Virus record (IMG/VR): IMGVR_UViG_3300025120_000044
Location: 1-62,901 of that record
Strand: one strand, 5' to 3'
DNA: 62,901 bases
Source of the DNA: a virus
Lineage: Duplodnaviria; Caudoviricetes
Position numbers and translations under genes: made by a program
In this document: in pieces, positions 60,627 through 62,901 of the stretch
Numbering within the stretch: the first letter of the stretch is position 1
Layout: each line of letters begins with the position of its first letter
Notes under the pieces: generated by a model
The model's input: the letters and a program-made list of their open reading frames with translations, nothing else
What the model was told of the DNA's origin: nothing
Database searches by the model: none

Positions 60627-60723
60627 AATATTTCTCCGTTTGTGTTATTACCCATTATTAGGTAATATCTATAGTCATAAAGACAAATAGGATGTTTGTC
60701 AAATTTAATTAAGGAGTAATTAG

Positions 60724-60936
60724 ATGCCCCCATCACATGTATATGTAAAACGTAACCCGTTGCACCCTTATACATACAATAACCCTGACGATTTACCATA
60801 TATCCAATGGAAATATGTCCGCATATCCGTTGCTTACACTATGTATACCAGTAAGCAAATAGGTTGGGAACGCGCAAAGCGTTCAGAATACGAAGAATGG
60901 TGTACAGCAATGATTAAGTTCAAGGAGGAACTATGA
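60724..60936 (+). CDS. Hypothetical protein
   Basis: AAGGAG RBS; ATGA overlap with the next gene. Confidence 0.55.
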   Translation: MPPSHVYVKRNPLHPYTYNNPDDLPYIQWKYVRISVAYTMYTSKQIGWERAKRSEYEEWCTAMIKFKEEL

Positions 60937-61109
60937 AACTAAATATAACAACTAAAAAAGCAAATACAGCTGGTGTCCAATTTAGGATTGACCCAGATAC
61001 TAAGAAAAAACTTACAGCCTTAAAAAAGTTCTATGGCGTAGGTACAGGCGAATTGATTAAACAAATGATTGTGCAATGCCATGAATCATTATCGGAGGTA
61101 GACAAATGA
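60933..61109 (+). CDS. Ribbon-helix-helix DNA-binding protein (not in ORF track)
   Basis: MKLNITTKKANTAGVQFRIDPDTKKKLTALKKFYGVGTGELIKQMIVQCHESLSEVDK*; AAGGAGG RBS. Confidence 0.6.
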   Translation: MKLNITTKKANTAGVQFRIDPDTKKKLTALKKFYGVGTGELIKQMIVQCHESLSEVDK

Positions 61110-61291
61110 AATATCCTACTAATCAAATAGACTTTGATAACTTACAAATTAACATCGTTGATCAGTTTTTAATTAGAACATGTAAAGACGAACTTGCAGT
61201 CGATCAGCTACAAGCTTGGGACAGAATAAAAGACCTTGCTCGCAAAGGTATGGTTGCAGAAAAATACACAAAAGAATGGGAACAAAAATGA
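61106..61291 (+). CDS. Hypothetical protein
   Basis: GGAGG RBS; ATGA overlaps on both sides. Confidence 0.55.
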   Translation: MKYPTNQIDFDNLQINIVDQFLIRTCKDELAVDQLQAWDRIKDLARKGMVAEKYTKEWEQK

Positions 61292-62901
61292 AAAAATTAT
61301 ATTTAGACTTTGAGACATATTATGACGTGCAATTTTCACTGACTAAAATGTCCACAGCACAATACATAAATCACAAAGATTTTAAGGTTTGGGGAGTAGG
61401 ACTGAAAGTAGACGACGAAGCTACGGAATGGTACAGCGCAGATGAAACAGACGATGTTTTAGCTGCAATAGATTGGAGCGATATCGCTTTGGTTTGCCAT
61501 AACACTTTGTTTGATGCCTTCATTCTTACAAGGCATTACGGTTATAACCCTGCGTATTATTATGATACGGCTGCTATGAGCAGAGGTTTATATCCTAACA
61601 TGTCGGCTAGGCTGAAAGACTGCGTTACACGTGAGTTTCCGTCTGACAATACTATGCGAAAGGGAGAGGAGTTAGCAAGTGCCAAAGGCATACGCGACCT
61701 TGACCCAGAGCTTGACGAACAAATAGGTTCGTACTGTATTCAGGACGTGGATCTAACACACGCACTCTTCCAGTCCTACATAGTTGGGTATCCAGAGTCT
61801 GAACTAGACTTGATTGACCTAACTACACGAATGTTCGTAGAACCAAAACTTCAATTGGACCAGCCTATGCTGTTGCAATATAAAGAAGATATGGCAAAAC
61901 GAGCAGTAAGTGCAATAGATGCGTCAGGTGTAACACGCGAAATTCTTGCTTCACAACAAAAGTTTCGTGCACACCTGGAGCAGCTAGGGATTAACATACC
62001 CACGAAGAAAAGCCCAACAACAGGTAAACAAATACCTGCGTTTGGAAAAAATGACCCTGCTTACTTACAAATGTGCAATATGTACCCAGAACATCGTGCG
62101 CTGTGGGAAGCCCGTGAAGTAGTCAAGTCACGTATTGATGAGACTAGAGCACAAAGGTTTATTGATTCGTGCAACCCTGACGGCAGCTTCGGCGTACCGC
62201 TCAGATATTATGCCGCACACACAGGCAGGTTTGGTGGTTCAGATAAAATTAACCTACAAAACCTACCTCGCGGATCGAAGCTCCGCACGGCAATTAAAGC
62301 ACCAATTGGTCAAAAACTATTTATAGCTGACTTGTCTAACATAGAAGTTCGTATGTTAGCTTGGTTAGCTAAAGAAGCTGATTTACTAGACGCTTTTAAA
62401 AACAATCGTGATGTTTATTGTGAGTTTGCTTCTCAAGTTTACAACAAGCCTGTAACAAAAGCTGACACACTAGAAAGATATGTAGGTAAAACTGCGGTGT
62501 TAGGTTTAGGATATGGTATGGGTCATGTTAAATTCAAAGACACTCTTAAAACTGGTGCAGTTTCTGTAGATGTTACAGATAGCACAGCCGTGCAAATTGT
62601 CCAGCAATACAGAGGGATGTACACGAACATACCTATTTTATGGTCACGTATGAAAGATTTGTTATTCAACATGATTTCGCCCAGAGACTACGGTGTTACG
62701 TATGGCCCAATTACGGTCGGACCACAGCAGCTAGTCTTGCCCAACGGCATGGCACTTAAATATCCTGACCTACGATATGCAGGTGGTGAATTTATATACA
62801 GCACTCAGAAAGGAATAGTTCGTACGTACGGACCGCGCCTGGCAGAAAATGTTATTCAAGCGTTAGCAAGAATAGTTATTACTGACCAAATATTAGAAGT
62901 A
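61288..62901 (+). CDS. polA: Family A DNA polymerase with 3'-5' exonuclease (runs through the junction and ends at 327)
   Basis: LDFETY (ExoI), HNTLFD (ExoII), YCIQD (ExoIII), HTGRFGG...NLQNLPR, DLSNIEVR (motif A), RYVGKTAVLGLGYG (motif B). Absent from the ORF track because it lacks a stop in the window. Confidence 0.93.
   Translation, partial: MKKLYLDFETYYDVQFSLTKMSTAQYINHKDFKVWGVGLKVDDEATEWYSADETDDVLAAIDWSDIALVCHNTLFDAFILTRHYGYNPAYYYDTAAMSRGLYPNMSARLKDCVTREFPSDNTMRKGEELASAKGIRDLDPELDEQIGSYCIQDVDLTHALFQSYIVGYPESELDLIDLTTRMFVEPKLQLDQPMLLQYKEDMAKRAVSAIDASGVTREILASQQKFRAHLEQLGINIPTKKSPTTGKQIPAFGKNDPAYLQMCNMYPEHRALWEAREVVKSRIDETRAQRFIDSCNPDGSFGVPLRYYAAHTGRFGGSDKINLQNLPRGSKLRTAIKAPIGQKLFIADLSNIEVRMLAWLAKEADLLDAFKNNRDVYCEFASQVYNKPVTKADTLERYVGKTAVLGLGYGMGHVKFKDTLKTGAVSVDVTDSTAVQIVQQYRGMYTNIPILWSRMKDLLFNMISPRDYGVTYGPITVGPQQLVLPNGMALKYPDLRYAGGEFIYSTQKGIVRTYGPRLAENVIQALARIVITDQILEV
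62758..62901. repeat. Terminal direct repeat (assembly overlap), copy 2
   Basis: Matches 1-144 with one mismatch. Confidence 0.95.

Overview
The window is an apparently complete, circular dsDNA tailed-phage genome of about 62,757 bp: bases 1-144 recur at 62758-62901 with one synonymous mismatch. It is AT-rich, and a marine proteobacterial host is my inference only. The + strand arm (53611 through the junction to 6888) carries early and replication genes: MoxR AAA plus VWA-metallopeptidase, family A DNA polymerase split across the junction, CsrA homologue, primase-helicase, PD-(D/E)XK nuclease, SNF2 helicase, putative SSB and VRR-NUC. The - strand arm (53333 to 6950) carries terminase, P22-like portal, scaffold, N4-gp56-like capsid, podovirus-type tail and ejection proteins, lysis genes and two striking cargo modules. 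(1) A collagen-like fibre of about 1000 Gly-X-Y residues with a C-terminal S74 chaperone is followed by two 2OG-Fe(II) oxygenases and one protein fusing COLGALT-like GT25, PLOD-like glycosyltransferase and lysyl-hydroxylase domains. This looks like a miniature animal-type collagen modification pathway. (2) An overlapping csgF-csgG-curlin-FecR-tagD-CHASE2 adenylate cyclase operon suggests an amyloid-secretion and trans-envelope cAMP signalling module. I recognised no integrase, tRNA or CRISPR array. All family calls are by-eye motif recognition and no searches were run.
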